Assembly (NCBI GenBank): GCA_016203135.1
Contig: JACQNI010000006.1
Location: 1 to 43,937 of the forward strand
Direction of reading: 5' to 3'
DNA: 43,937 bases
Origin: Candidatus Woesearchaeota archaeon
Lineage (GTDB): Archaea; Nanobdellota; Nanobdellia; SCGC-AAA011-G17; JACPNG01
Shown: positions 9,103 through 19,447 of the stretch, in pieces
Layout: each line of letters starts with the position of its first letter
How positions within the stretch are numbered: the stretch's first letter is position 1
Notes under the pieces: model-generated
Told to the model about the DNA's origin: nothing
The model's database searches: none
Seen by the model: the letters and a program-made list of their open reading frames with translations, nothing else
Made by a program: the position numbers and the translations under genes

Positions 9103-9130
9103 AAAACTTGTTAAAATAATGAGAATAGAA

Positions 9131-9748
9131 TTATTTAATTGCTTCTTCGTATATTCTGCTGACTTCATCTCTATTTAGAATATTCCAGAAAGCTGATATG
9201 TATTCTGGTCTTTTATTTTGATATTTTAAATAATAGGCATGCTCCCATAAATCCAAGCCTATCAAAGATATAAAACCTTGGGATATTGGAGAGTCTTGAT
9301 TTGGGGTTGTTATTATTTCTAATTTTTTATCTTTTAAGACAAGCCAGCACCAACCAGATCCAAATAATGCCGTTGCTTTATTTGAAAATTCCTCCATGAA
9401 TTTTTCTCTGCTGCCAAATTTTTTTTCTATCGCAGCTTTTAATTTTGGACTTGGATCTGTTTTTTTTAGAGTTAATATTTTCCAGAAAAATGAATGATTT
9501 AAATGACCTCCACCATGGTTTCTGACTAAGGTTCTTATGTCTTCTGGGATTGAATTTAAATTTTTAAGCAAATCTTCAACCTTCTTTTTTTGCAATTCAG
9601 GATATTTCTCCAAGGCAGCATTTAACTTATCAACATAAGTTTGATGATGTTTTGTATAATGGATTTCCATTGTCTTTGCATCTATGAAAGGCTCTAAGGC
9701 ATTATAAGAATAGGGTAATTTTGGCAATTCATGCTTCATAATCATCAC
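9131..9748 (-). CDS. sod: Fe/Mn superoxide dismutase
   Basis: [42 protein letters not shown]. Confidence 0.97.
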   Translation of the reverse strand: MMIMKHELPKLPYSYNALEPFIDAKTMEIHYTKHHQTYVDKLNAALEKYPELQKKKVEDLLKNLNSIPEDIRTLVRNHGGGHLNHSFFWKILTLKKTDPSPKLKAAIEKKFGSREKFMEEFSNKATALFGSGWCWLVLKDKKLEIITTPNQDSPISQGFISLIGLDLWEHAYYLKYQNKRPEYISAFWNILNRDEVSRIYEEAIK

Positions 9749-9831
9749 TTATTTTTATATAAATATTGATTACTTTTATAGTTTTCTGTTTTAAGCGACA
9801 ACTTTAAATATATTTTGATTTTTAAGATTAT

Positions 9832-10188
9832 ATGAAATTCGATGAGGATATCCCAAATCCAATTGTGATTACATTTAATCCATTAGATATTCAAGATGAT
9901 GAGAACCGTTTGGTTAAAAAAGTATTTGTGGATGATATTGCAAGAACCTTATGGCTTGGGATCAGATCGAGACATATTACTGATCAATATTTTCATCAAA
10001 AATGCTTAAATTTAGCAGATAAAATTAGAAAAGATGGAGTTCCAAATTCTGATGAAGATTTAAAATCGCTTTTACATAGGTATATTGGTTATGGATATGC
10101 GTCTTTAGAATTTTCTGGTAAATTATTGCCTTATATCAAAGGGGAAAATAAATTAGAATATAAGGTAATAGAAACTGAAGATAATTGA
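9832..10188 (+). CDS. Hypothetical protein
   Basis: 118-aa ORF with tttaaata about 25 nt upstream. Confidence 0.7.
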   Translation: MKFDEDIPNPIVITFNPLDIQDDENRLVKKVFVDDIARTLWLGIRSRHITDQYFHQKCLNLADKIRKDGVPNSDEDLKSLLHRYIGYGYASLEFSGKLLPYIKGENKLEYKVIETEDN

Positions 10189-10244
10189 TTTAACATATAG
10201 TTTGATACAAAACTTTTTAAAGTTAGTTCTCTTTGATAAATAAA

Positions 10245-13200
10245 ATGATTTTAAAAGATTTAAAACAAATAGATGAAGTAACTTGGGAGATTCCTACTAG
10301 TTTTAAGAAAGGCATGTTAGTTCCTGCTAGAATAATTGCTACAAAGAAGCTTTTTGATGCAATGGATGATGGGGTTTTTGAGCAAATCACTAATGTAGCT
10401 ATGTTACCTGGAGTTCAAAATTATGTAATAGCTATGAGTGACTCTCACTTTGGCTATGGTTTTCCTGTTGGAGGAGTTGCTGCTATGGATTTAGAAGAAG
10501 GAGTTATTTCTCCTGGCGGAATCGGTTTTGATATAAATTGTTTAGCTAAAGGATCTAGAATTTTGACAAAGCATGGATATACTAAAAAAATAGAAGAATT
10601 TGAGAAAGAGTTTTATAAAGAGAATTTAATAACAATTGATCTTAAGAAAAAAAATGAAGATTCTTCTCAACCAGTTCTTTTTATGAAAAAACCAGTAAAT
10701 AAAGAAAAGGTTTATAGATTTATTACAAAAAGTGGAAAAGAAGTAATTGTTACAGAAGATCATCCTATATATACTAAAACTGGAATGAAAATAAGCAAAG
10801 ATCTTCGAGAAGGCAATGAAATTGCAGTTTTCCCATTTGAAGGAGTCCCTTATGAAAAACCAGAAGATGATTTTTTAATTACAGAAGAAGAATTTAAAGA
10901 ATTTATTAAAGATAGAAGCTTAACTTCACAAATTCAGGTAGTTAACATTTTAAAAGAAAAGGGATTATTACCTTTAGTTAGATCTTCTGATAAGTTGCCT
11001 TATTTAATAAAACTGATTGGATTTCTAACTGGAGATGGGAATATTACCTTTACTAAAAAAACACAGAGTATATCTTTTTATGCCAATGAAGAAGATTTAG
11101 GAGATATAAGAAAAGATGTAACAGCTTTAGGATTTACACCATCAAGAATACGGGCTAGAACTAGGAAACATAGCATAAAAACTAGATATGATTTAATTGA
11201 ATTTGAGAGAACAGAATATTCTTTTACTTCAATGTCTAGTGCATTAATTTTGCTCTTAAAATTTCTTGAAGCTCCATTGGGGAAAAAAACAGAATTAGAT
11301 TTTAGAATACCAAAATGGTTATTTAAATGTCCTTTATGGCAAAAAAGACTTTATTTAGCTACTTTATTTGGAGCGGAATTATCAAGCCCTTCAACCAAGA
11401 AAAATCTTGGATATACTTTTAATACTCCCACTTTATCTATGAATAAACATGAAGATCATATCAATTCTGGTTTTGAATTTTTAAACGATATTAAAAGAAT
11501 ATTGGACGAACTTAGCATAAAGACAAGGGAGATATCAATAAGGGATGAATATGATGGTTTAACTGGGAAAACTTATAGATTACGTCTTTTTATTTCAGAC
11601 GAATCTATGCTAGACTTATATAAATATGTTAATATAGAATATAATAAAAAGAAAAGGTTTCTGGCTAATCTGGCTTTACAATATTTAACCTTAAAAAAGA
11701 AGATAATTGAAGAAAGAGTAAAGATACAGAAACAAGTAATCCTTCTTTATAATAATGGAATGAAAAGCAGCGAGATCTATGAAAAGTTTTCTTCTGAACA
11801 CATTAACAAAAGATTTTTGCAAAGATCTTTGTTTGAAGGTAGAAAGACAAGTCCTAGAATTGCTTACAATTTTATTAGCTTTAATGATTTTGTTGAGAAA
11901 TATGCTTTAAATCAATCTGGAGTAGTTTGGGATTTTATAGAGAAGAAAGAAGAAGTTCAATATTCTGATTGGGTATATGATTTTACTGTTGACAATAAAT
12001 CTCATAATTTTATTGCAAATAATTTGGTTGTATCAAATTGTGGGATGAAGATTTTAAGAACAAACTTAACAATAAAAGATGTCAAGCCAAAAATAAAAGA
12101 AATTGTTCATGAATTATTTGATTCAGTTCCTACTGGAGTTGGGGCTTCTTCAAAATTAAAATTAACAGACTCTGAAATAGATGAATTATCTAGATATGGA
12201 GTAAAGTGGTGTGTAGATAATGGATATGGATGGAAAAATGATGACAAAAAAATAGAGGAGCATGGATACATCAAATGGGCCGATCCAAGCAAAGTCAGTC
12301 AAGAAGCAAGGAATAGGGGAAGAAAACAAGTAGGAACTCTAGGAAGTGGAAATCATTACCTAGAAGTTCAATTTACAAAACCAGAATTTATTTTTGATGA
12401 AAAAATTGCTAATGGATTTGGGATTAATGGAAATGATCAGATACTTATAATGGTGCATTGTGGATCAAGAGGATTTGGGCATCAAATTGCAACTGATTAT
12501 TTAAAAATATTTGATAAGGCCATGAAAAAATATAATATTACTATTCCAGATAGGGAATTAAGTTGTGCTCCTTTGAATACTAAGGAAGGACAAGATTATG
12601 TTGGCGCAATGACTTGTGCGGCTAATTATGCCTTTGCAAATAGACAGATGATAATACATAATGTAAGAGAAGCATTTAGTAAAGTCTTTAAACAATCTGC
12701 AGAAGATATGGAAATGGAAATAATTTATGATGTTGCACATAACATTGCAAAAATTGAAAAGTATAAGGTTGATGGAAGACTAAAGGAATTATTAATACAT
12801 AGAAAAGGGGCAACCAGAAGTTTTGGACCTGGAAATGAAGAGCTATGGGGGAATTATTCTAAATATGGACAGCCAGTTATTGTAGGAGGGAGTATGGAAA
12901 CTGGATCTTATTTATTGGTTGGAACTAAGAAAGCAGAAGAGACAACTTTTGGAAGCACTTTGCATGGATCTGGAAGAACAATGTCCAGAACAAAGGCTAA
13001 AGGAATGGTAAGGGGAGATAAATTGCAAAGAGACATGGAAGAAAGGGGAATATATGTTAAGGCTGCATCAATGCCTGGATTGGCTGAAGAGGCTGGATTG
13101 GCTTACAAAGATATAAATGAGGTTGTCAAGTCTGTTGAACTAGCTGGAATTTCAAAACCTGTTGTAAAATTATCTCCTCTTGGAAATATCAAAGGCACTG

Positions 13201-13268
13201 CTGGTTTTAATATTATAAACTTGTTTTTTTTATTACTGGTTGCTTTATCTTTGATCTCAATTCTGTAA
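10245..13268 (+). CDS. rtcB: RNA-splicing/repair ligase RtcB containing an intein
   Basis: DSHFGYGFPVG, GFDIN/CG, GTLGSGNHYLE, HCGSRG, YDVAHN, HRKGATR, HGSGR, AEEA..AYK, PLGNIKG. Start ATG 10245 preferred over TTG 10233. Confidence 0.97.
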   Translation: MILKDLKQIDEVTWEIPTSFKKGMLVPARIIATKKLFDAMDDGVFEQITNVAMLPGVQNYVIAMSDSHFGYGFPVGGVAAMDLEEGVISPGGIGFDINCLAKGSRILTKHGYTKKIEEFEKEFYKENLITIDLKKKNEDSSQPVLFMKKPVNKEKVYRFITKSGKEVIVTEDHPIYTKTGMKISKDLREGNEIAVFPFEGVPYEKPEDDFLITEEEFKEFIKDRSLTSQIQVVNILKEKGLLPLVRSSDKLPYLIKLIGFLTGDGNITFTKKTQSISFYANEEDLGDIRKDVTALGFTPSRIRARTRKHSIKTRYDLIEFERTEYSFTSMSSALILLLKFLEAPLGKKTELDFRIPKWLFKCPLWQKRLYLATLFGAELSSPSTKKNLGYTFNTPTLSMNKHEDHINSGFEFLNDIKRILDELSIKTREISIRDEYDGLTGKTYRLRLFISDESMLDLYKYVNIEYNKKKRFLANLALQYLTLKKKIIEERVKIQKQVILLYNNGMKSSEIYEKFSSEHINKRFLQRSLFEGRKTSPRIAYNFISFNDFVEKYALNQSGVVWDFIEKKEEVQYSDWVYDFTVDNKSHNFIANNLVVSNCGMKILRTNLTIKDVKPKIKEIVHELFDSVPTGVGASSKLKLTDSEIDELSRYGVKWCVDNGYGWKNDDKKIEEHGYIKWADPSKVSQEARNRGRKQVGTLGSGNHYLEVQFTKPEFIFDEKIANGFGINGNDQILIMVHCGSRGFGHQIATDYLKIFDKAMKKYNITIPDRELSCAPLNTKEGQDYVGAMTCAANYAFANRQMIIHNVREAFSKVFKQSAEDMEMEIIYDVAHNIAKIEKYKVDGRLKELLIHRKGATRSFGPGNEELWGNYSKYGQPVIVGGSMETGSYLLVGTKKAEETTFGSTLHGSGRTMSRTKAKGMVRGDKLQRDMEERGIYVKAASMPGLAEEAGLAYKDINEVVKSVELAGISKPVVKLSPLGNIKGTAGFNIINLFFLLLVALSLISIL
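10539..12038 (+). mobile_element. 500-aa intein with LAGLIDADG homing endonuclease in rtcB
   Basis: Starts CLAKGSRILT. Block B VTEDHP, endonuclease motifs LIGFLTGDG and YLATLFGAEL, ends VYDFTV...HNFIANNLVVSN. The +1 residue is the RtcB metal-ligand Cys. Confidence 0.95.
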
Positions 13269-13322
13269 CTTTATAGTGATAATAAAAGAAAAGTTTATAA
13301 ATTAAATTATATTGCTTGTAAA

Positions 13323-13787
13323 ATGATTAAAAAAGTCAAAAAGCCACATGTTTGGTATAAACCAATTAGTCGATTATATGCTAGTGCTTTAGATGAAAAA
13401 CTTTTTGGATTAGCCTATTTGAAGCCGATACATGAATTAGTTGATAGAACAATTTTTAGTGGATTGGAGGAGACTCTTACGCCTGATTTTTATAGGAGTT
13501 TAGTGAAAACTGCAATGGAGAAAGCAGGCTACCCATTAGAACTTTCAGATGAAGTATCTAATCTAGTGGCTAAATATATTGAGAATAATTTTTCTAATGA
13601 GATGTTTTTTATAGGAAGTAGATCAGAACATAAACCATCGAGAGAAGAACTTGTTAAGTTATTTGAAGAAAATTATGGAAATATAACCGCTATGTCAAAG
13701 TCATTAGGAACTAATAGGGTAGCTATATATAAATTGTTAAAAGACCATGGAATTAATCTTAAGAGACTAAAAACTGTGAATAGATAG
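13323..13787 (+). CDS. Protein with C-terminal Fis-type HTH
   Basis: LFEENYGNITAMSKSLGTNRVAIYKLLKDHGI. Confidence 0.7.
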   Translation: MIKKVKKPHVWYKPISRLYASALDEKLFGLAYLKPIHELVDRTIFSGLEETLTPDFYRSLVKTAMEKAGYPLELSDEVSNLVAKYIENNFSNEMFFIGSRSEHKPSREELVKLFEENYGNITAMSKSLGTNRVAIYKLLKDHGINLKRLKTVNR

Positions 13788-13898
13788 GTAAAATAAAATG
13801 ATTGGCTTATTTCTATTGTTAACATAGATATATTTTAATATTAAATAAATTTAGCCTAATATAGAAAGCCTTTTAAGATTAATAGTTATTTTTTTTCT

Positions 13899-14330
13899 AT
13901 GGAACAAGGATATAAATTTTTAGAGGATGAAGCAACAGCAGACATAGCTTTTGAGGCTAATGGGAAAGACTTGAATGAATTATTTGAAAACTGTTGTTTA
14001 GCTGTTACTGAGATAATGGTTGATCTAAATGATGTAAATCCGATAATAAGGAAGGAATCAAAAAAAAGCAATGAAAGCATAGAAGACTTGCTTTATGATT
14101 TATTATCTGAGGTTGTTACTTTAAAAGACTCTGAGTCTTTATTGTTCAGGCAGTTTATTATTAGAATCAACAAAGAAGGAAATAAATATGTTATGAATGC
14201 TGCATTTTATGGAGAACAAATAAGCAATGAAATGAATTTAAAAATAGATGTCAAGGCAATAACTCTGCATGAATTTAACATCAAGAAAGAAGAAAAATTA
14301 TGGAAGGCGCATATAATTGTTGATATCTAG
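13899..14330 (+). CDS. Archease (RtcB cofactor)
   Basis: YKFLE..ATADIAFEANG, DVKAITLH, C-terminal VDI. Near rtcB. Confidence 0.93.
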   Translation: MEQGYKFLEDEATADIAFEANGKDLNELFENCCLAVTEIMVDLNDVNPIIRKESKKSNESIEDLLYDLLSEVVTLKDSESLLFRQFIIRINKEGNKYVMNAAFYGEQISNEMNLKIDVKAITLHEFNIKKEEKLWKAHIIVDI

Positions 14331-14731
14331 TTTCTCCAGATCCATATCCTTACAATTTTAGGTTGCTGGTTTTCTAATGTTGAAGTTATAAATACATCTG
14401 TAAGATAAACAGACCTGTCAAAAGGAGTATCTGCAAGGCAGTTTGTTGTCTCGCATATCTTGAACGTATGATCAAAACCAGCTGGAATATTATTTGATAT
14501 TGTATTTTTAATCAAATCTGAATTTTCACATAATGGATTATTTATAACGCAATCCCTAATCAGTTCATTGCTTGAGATTTCTTTTATTATAAAATTTTGG
14601 GCGTTTTTAACTACAGGAGGGGTTTTAGGATCTTCAATGCTTCTGTCTGGAATTATTGTATAAATAAATACAAGTATGGCAACTATTGCTATAACAGCTT
14701 CTAGAGTTTTAATATAGGCTTTTTTATCCAT
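14327..14731 (-). CDS. Prepilin-like protein (class III signal peptide)
   Basis: MDKKA/YIKTLEAVIAIVAILVFI. Confidence 0.75.
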   Translation of the reverse strand: MDKKAYIKTLEAVIAIVAILVFIYTIIPDRSIEDPKTPPVVKNAQNFIIKEISSNELIRDCVINNPLCENSDLIKNTISNNIPAGFDHTFKICETTNCLADTPFDRSVYLTDVFITSTLENQQPKIVRIWIWRN

Positions 14732-14732
14732 G

Positions 14733-15500
14733 TTACCAGACTCTAAAGTTAATTACTACTTCTTTTTTAGTGCCATCTTTAAGCAATATTGTATCTTTTA
14801 TATCCTTAACAAAAATATTTTCCTCATCTGGATCTGATGTCTTAAATATATAAATGATGTCGCTTTCCTGATAATTAAAGCTTGCAGAATCTATAACATT
14901 GATCATTAGCCCGTTTGTTTCTGGATAATTAAATCTTTTTCTTAGGTCTGTTTCTTGTTTTAGGAGATCTAGTTTTTCTTGATTTATACCGCTTATTGTT
15001 TCTACTGTACCAAATTTATAATTGAATTGGTTATTTGACTCTTGTAAAATAATTCTTTGATCTTGGCTGACTGGCAAATTGTCATAATTTGCATCTTGCA
15101 TATATAATAACCAAAATAAATTTTTAAAATTATTTCCTTTTATTGCCACATCAAAATTCATGTTGCTATTTGCATTCAAATTAAGATCAAATGGAACTTG
15201 ACTATTATCTTTATCTGTTAATGTAAAATCTTCTTCATTGCCTGTAAATGGAAAATTATTATTAAAAATAATTTGGAATTTGTAATTGCCATCTGAACTT
15301 GAAGTATTAATGAATAAAGGTGTTTTTTCTAGGTCATGATAGGTATAGTCTTTGAATCCGCTTTCTAGAATAGTCAATAAAATAGTTCTGTCTGAGGTTT
15401 CTTCAAGGCCAGGCTGTACAAATATGAGCAATGACATTATATATATGATGAATATGCCCATGCTTATTGCCCAGTCAATATGGGAAGCTCCTTTACTCAT
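14733..15500 (-). CDS. Prepilin-like/minor pilin
   Basis: MSKG/ASHIDWAISMGIFIIYIMSLLIF, within the pilus operon. Confidence 0.7.
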   Translation of the reverse strand: MSKGASHIDWAISMGIFIIYIMSLLIFVQPGLEETSDRTILLTILESGFKDYTYHDLEKTPLFINTSSSDGNYKFQIIFNNNFPFTGNEEDFTLTDKDNSQVPFDLNLNANSNMNFDVAIKGNNFKNLFWLLYMQDANYDNLPVSQDQRIILQESNNQFNYKFGTVETISGINQEKLDLLKQETDLRKRFNYPETNGLMINVIDSASFNYQESDIIYIFKTSDPDEENIFVKDIKDTILLKDGTKKEVVINFRVW

Positions 15501-16345
15501 TATATGCCTCCTTTTACTGTTGTAATAACCAATGTTGCTATCGTTATTAAATATATTGAATGCAACAAGCCTTGTTTTAATGTACCTTCTGAAAATTTGC
15601 CTATCATTATCCCTGTGAAAAAACCTTCTATTATAACAAGACCAAAGAAAATGTTATCAAGACTTATTGGCTCAGAAGAACCTATTACTCCTTCTTTTAG
15701 ACCTATGCCTGCTAGACCTCCGGCTAATCCAGTTTTGTTTAATTCTGGAAATAATTTTAGCTGCAAAACCAGCATCACTATTATAAAAACAAAAAAGACA
15801 ATATAGCCCTGGACTATTTGGGGATGAACACTTGCTTTTCTTTCTTCTTTTATTTTTTTTATATTAAGAACAGATTCTGTTACTGAGTCAAGAACATTTT
15901 CTATATCTCCTCCTGACCTTTCAGCTTCCATTACTATTGAAATAGATCTTTTTATTACAGGGCTTTTTGTATTATTTCCAAAGTTAAATAATGCCTCTTG
16001 AATAGGAATGCCCCATTCAATCTGATTTGCTAATTTTTTAACATAAGGACTTAAACCTCCGAAATCTCCCCTTGCTGTTTCTATTATTGCTGTTGGTATA
16101 GGAATTCCAGATTTTACTGTACTGACAAGGGTTCTTACAAATTCTAAAAACTTGGTTTCTATTTCTTTTTGCCTGTTCATTTCTTTTAGGAAGTCAAGCC
16201 AGAACTGAAGCCAGCTTATGCTTATTGCCAATACTATTAATGAAAAGAACCATCTTGTTTTCATGAAATATAAAAAATCTAGAAGCAAGATAATTAATCC
16301 TATTGAAATTCCCATCAAATATATTTTTCTGAATTTAAGCTTCAT
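15500..16345 (-). CDS. Type IV pilus platform protein (T2SS F/TadC-like)
   Basis: VKSGIPI, LSPYVKKLANQIEWGIP, ERSGGDIENVL, FTGIMIGKFSEG, plus TM helices. Confidence 0.92.
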   Translation of the reverse strand: MKLKFRKIYLMGISIGLIILLLDFLYFMKTRWFFSLIVLAISISWLQFWLDFLKEMNRQKEIETKFLEFVRTLVSTVKSGIPIPTAIIETARGDFGGLSPYVKKLANQIEWGIPIQEALFNFGNNTKSPVIKRSISIVMEAERSGGDIENVLDSVTESVLNIKKIKEERKASVHPQIVQGYIVFFVFIIVMLVLQLKLFPELNKTGLAGGLAGIGLKEGVIGSSEPISLDNIFFGLVIIEGFFTGIMIGKFSEGTLKQGLLHSIYLITIATLVITTVKGGI

Positions 16346-16346
16346 T

Positions 16347-17636
16347 TTAATCTTTTAACTGAACTGAATTTAAAAACAATAAAAATGCCCCGTTTAATAA
16401 TGGAATAACAAAATATGTTCCGGCTATTGCAAGGGATCTTATACTAAATCCAAATATTTTGCCTCCTAATAGCTGAATTATAGCTAATGTAACAAAGAAT
16501 AGCAAAGGGGCTGCTATCAATATTCCTGTATAGATATCTGAGTAAGTGCTTATTGCTTCTATGTATTTTTTTCTTTCTAGTTTGTATGTCTCCATCAAGT
16601 CAGATGATTTTGCATTTAGATATTCTTTTAGGCTTCCTCCTGATTCTGTTGTAGAAACTATACCCATTAATAATTCAGCAAAAGGCTTTGAAGGGGTTGT
16701 TGAAGCGACGTTTTTTAATGCGGTATTTAGATCATAACCCATTAGATTAACATAATTAATTATTTTTTTTATTTCCCCTTTAAGGCCTTCATATTCCTCT
16801 GAATTTAAGACCATGTTGAACATTGCAATTGGCTGTGCACCTGAAGCAGAGACAGCGGCCATGTGCATAACAACAAATGGAAGATCATCTTTTATCTTGC
16901 GCTTTTTATTGTTTAATGACAAGTATGGATAGTAATACATTGCTGAAAAAACAGATATTGAAAACAATATTGAAGCTAACAATGAGGTTAATACAGAAAT
17001 AATTATGTTGCCTTTTATTATAATGCTGAAGATTATGGCTGAAACTATAAAAGATATCAGGCTTGAAAAAATCATTGAGCTTACATATGTCTTAGACAAA
17101 ATCCTGACATCGGATGACTTTAATGATGAAAGCAGATTTTCAAAGAAATTTGGGAACTTGTTTATTAAATTTAGACTTTGTTTTTCGAATATGTGATTTG
17201 ATATTTTTCCATAAAGATTTGTTTCATATATGGTATATTCTTTTACTTCTACATTTTTTTTATCTTTTAAACCTGAAATAACTTCCTTAAGATATTCTGA
17301 ATCAATGCCAGCATAATCTGGCTTTTGTTTTAAACTTAGGCTTGACTTAACATCTGGGGAGATATGATTAAAAAGAGAAGTATTTTTTCTTTCTATTTCA
17401 CTAATTAGATCAAGAACTTTATTATTGTAAAATCTTACAAGGTCTTCTTTTTTATAACCCTTAAGGACTTTATCCAGTAATGCTTTGTATGACTCTTTGC
17501 TTATTTCTTTTTTCTTAAGCTTATTGTTTAAATCTTCTATATACGCTTGTAATTTAACCCTATAATTATTGTACTTATTTGCTTCTTCTGACAAGGATAT
17601 TATTTCCTTGCATGTATTCCTTAGATCATTTAGCAT
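16347..17636 (-). CDS. Type IV pilus platform protein (T2SS F/TadC/FlaJ-like) with N-terminal coiled coil
   Basis: DLPFVVMHMAAVSASG, VNLMGYDLNTALK, TTESGGSLKEYL. Confidence 0.9.
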   Translation of the reverse strand: MLNDLRNTCKEIISLSEEANKYNNYRVKLQAYIEDLNNKLKKKEISKESYKALLDKVLKGYKKEDLVRFYNNKVLDLISEIERKNTSLFNHISPDVKSSLSLKQKPDYAGIDSEYLKEVISGLKDKKNVEVKEYTIYETNLYGKISNHIFEKQSLNLINKFPNFFENLLSSLKSSDVRILSKTYVSSMIFSSLISFIVSAIIFSIIIKGNIIISVLTSLLASILFSISVFSAMYYYPYLSLNNKKRKIKDDLPFVVMHMAAVSASGAQPIAMFNMVLNSEEYEGLKGEIKKIINYVNLMGYDLNTALKNVASTTPSKPFAELLMGIVSTTESGGSLKEYLNAKSSDLMETYKLERKKYIEAISTYSDIYTGILIAAPLLFFVTLAIIQLLGGKIFGFSIRSLAIAGTYFVIPLLNGAFLLFLNSVQLKD

Positions 17637-17811
17637 TTTTATCTGAATCTATTAATTCTTTTATCTCCTTATCATTATCTTGGATCAAAGAATGAATTTT
17701 TCTTTCTAATTCAATTATCTTTTTCTTATTCTTTTTTTTATCCAGCAGGCCTTCAAGGGAATAAGAAATTTCTATGATAGTTTTAGAGTTCTGCTTTATT
17801 CCATCAAACAT
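17626..17811 (-). CDS. Small coiled-coil-like protein in the pilus operon
   Basis: 61-aa ORF that exactly fills the gap between the ATPase and platform genes. Confidence 0.55.
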   Translation of the reverse strand: MFDGIKQNSKTIIEISYSLEGLLDKKKNKKKIIELERKIHSLIQDNDKEIKELIDSDKNAK

Positions 17812-17812
17812 T

Positions 17813-19402
17813 TTACTCTATTCCAAATTTTTTTAAAATATATTTTGGATCCTTGTAATATAGATTTATGACTTCACTGACTTCTTTAAATCCAAACATG
17901 TGATTTTGATACATCTTTAAAAGCAAAATGGTTCTTCTTCTAAATTCATTCTTTAAGTTTTGCACAGGAATGCCTTTTTCTTTTGATATTTTATCAAACA
18001 TTTTGTTATTTGGATCAAAGTAAAATTTGTCCTTGATTGGATCCCTGAAGAAAGACCTGTTTTTTCCTATACTTTCCTTTCCCACTTTAAGTATTTCATC
18101 AATTTCATATATTTTTCTGGCTGAAGATCCCTCTTGTTTTACTTCCCCTATTATTATAACAGCGTCTAAAGATTCTATTAATGCTGGGGATAAATTTATC
18201 GGCTCTGTCTCAAGTCTTCGCACCATTGATTCTACTGATTCTGCGTGCATTGTAGCCATTGTTGGGTGTCCAGAGCTTGCTCCTTGAAACAATACAAAGG
18301 CTTCTTCTCCCCTTATTTCTCCAACAATAACATAATCAGGCCTTTGCCTAAAACTTTCCTTTAATAGATCAAAAAGACTCACTTCGCCATGTTTTTGGCC
18401 TAGGATATTTGACAAGCCAAAACCCATTCTTGCAACACTTGGTAGCCAGTTTTTATGCATCAATTGTATTTCTCTTGTATCTTCTATTGAAACTATTCTT
18501 GAAGATGGCTGAATAAAAAAGGCAATGGCATTAAGAAGGGTGGTTTTACCGCTTCCTGTACCACCGATGACCATTATGTTTGATTGGTTTTCTATTAATA
18601 TCCAGATATAAGCCAGGATTTCTGGAGAGGCTGTTCTGAATTCTATAAGTTTTATTGGAGTCCAGGGTTCTCGAGTAAATTTTCTAATGCTAAATGTAGG
18701 ACCTCTTGAAGATATGTCTTCTGAATATGTTGCGTTAGTCCTAGATCCGTCTGGTAGTACTCCGTCTAACAATGGATTTGCATAGGAGACATACTTCCCG
18801 CATTTTTGGGCTAATTTTTCTACAAAACCTCGAAGCTTATTATTGTCTTCAAAGGAAATATTTGTCCTTATATTCCTGAATTTTCTATGAACTATATAGA
18901 TAGGAAACTTTGCACCATTGCATTCTATATCTTCAATGTAATAATCCTTAAGCAGGGACTCAATTTCATTCATACCAACAAAATCTCTATAAATATAATA
19001 CATTATTTTTATCAAAGATTCTTTGCTTATTTTTATTCCTAATTCGTTTAACAAAACATTGACATTTTTTTCCAAGTAACCTATTATTGCTTCTACACTA
19101 TTTATGCCAACTAAACTTATATTGATAAGCTCTTTAATTCCGGTTTCTAATTTTTTTAATATATCTTTTTCAGCATCACTCAACATTGGCTCTTCTACAG
19201 AATAAACAAGTTCGCTGCTTTCATGATCCCAGTATATATGGGCATAGGTATAGGGGGGAAGTAGAGGATATTTTAGATCAATTTTTGTCTTGTCTTGGAA
19301 TTCAGGAAGGTCTATAATCTGCGGATTTAAATCTATTTTAAACTCTGTTATTATCTCGGTTTTTTCATCTTCTTTTTTTTTAAATAGACTAAGTAATTTC
19401 AT
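17813..19402 (-). CDS. Type IV pilus assembly ATPase (VirB11/FlaI/TadA family)
   Basis: IEDIECNG, FSIRKF, GGTGSGKTT, SIEDTRE, RQRPDYVIVGEIRG, GHPTMATMH. Confidence 0.96.
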   Translation of the reverse strand: MKLLSLFKKKEDEKTEIITEFKIDLNPQIIDLPEFQDKTKIDLKYPLLPPYTYAHIYWDHESSELVYSVEEPMLSDAEKDILKKLETGIKELINISLVGINSVEAIIGYLEKNVNVLLNELGIKISKESLIKIMYYIYRDFVGMNEIESLLKDYYIEDIECNGAKFPIYIVHRKFRNIRTNISFEDNNKLRGFVEKLAQKCGKYVSYANPLLDGVLPDGSRTNATYSEDISSRGPTFSIRKFTREPWTPIKLIEFRTASPEILAYIWILIENQSNIMVIGGTGSGKTTLLNAIAFFIQPSSRIVSIEDTREIQLMHKNWLPSVARMGFGLSNILGQKHGEVSLFDLLKESFRQRPDYVIVGEIRGEEAFVLFQGASSGHPTMATMHAESVESMVRRLETEPINLSPALIESLDAVIIIGEVKQEGSSARKIYEIDEILKVGKESIGKNRSFFRDPIKDKFYFDPNNKMFDKISKEKGIPVQNLKNEFRRRTILLLKMYQNHMFGFKEVSEVINLYYKDPKYILKKFGIE

Positions 19403-19447
19403 ATTCCCCTTTTAAAGAAAAAAGCAGTTGATTACTTAAATAGCTTT

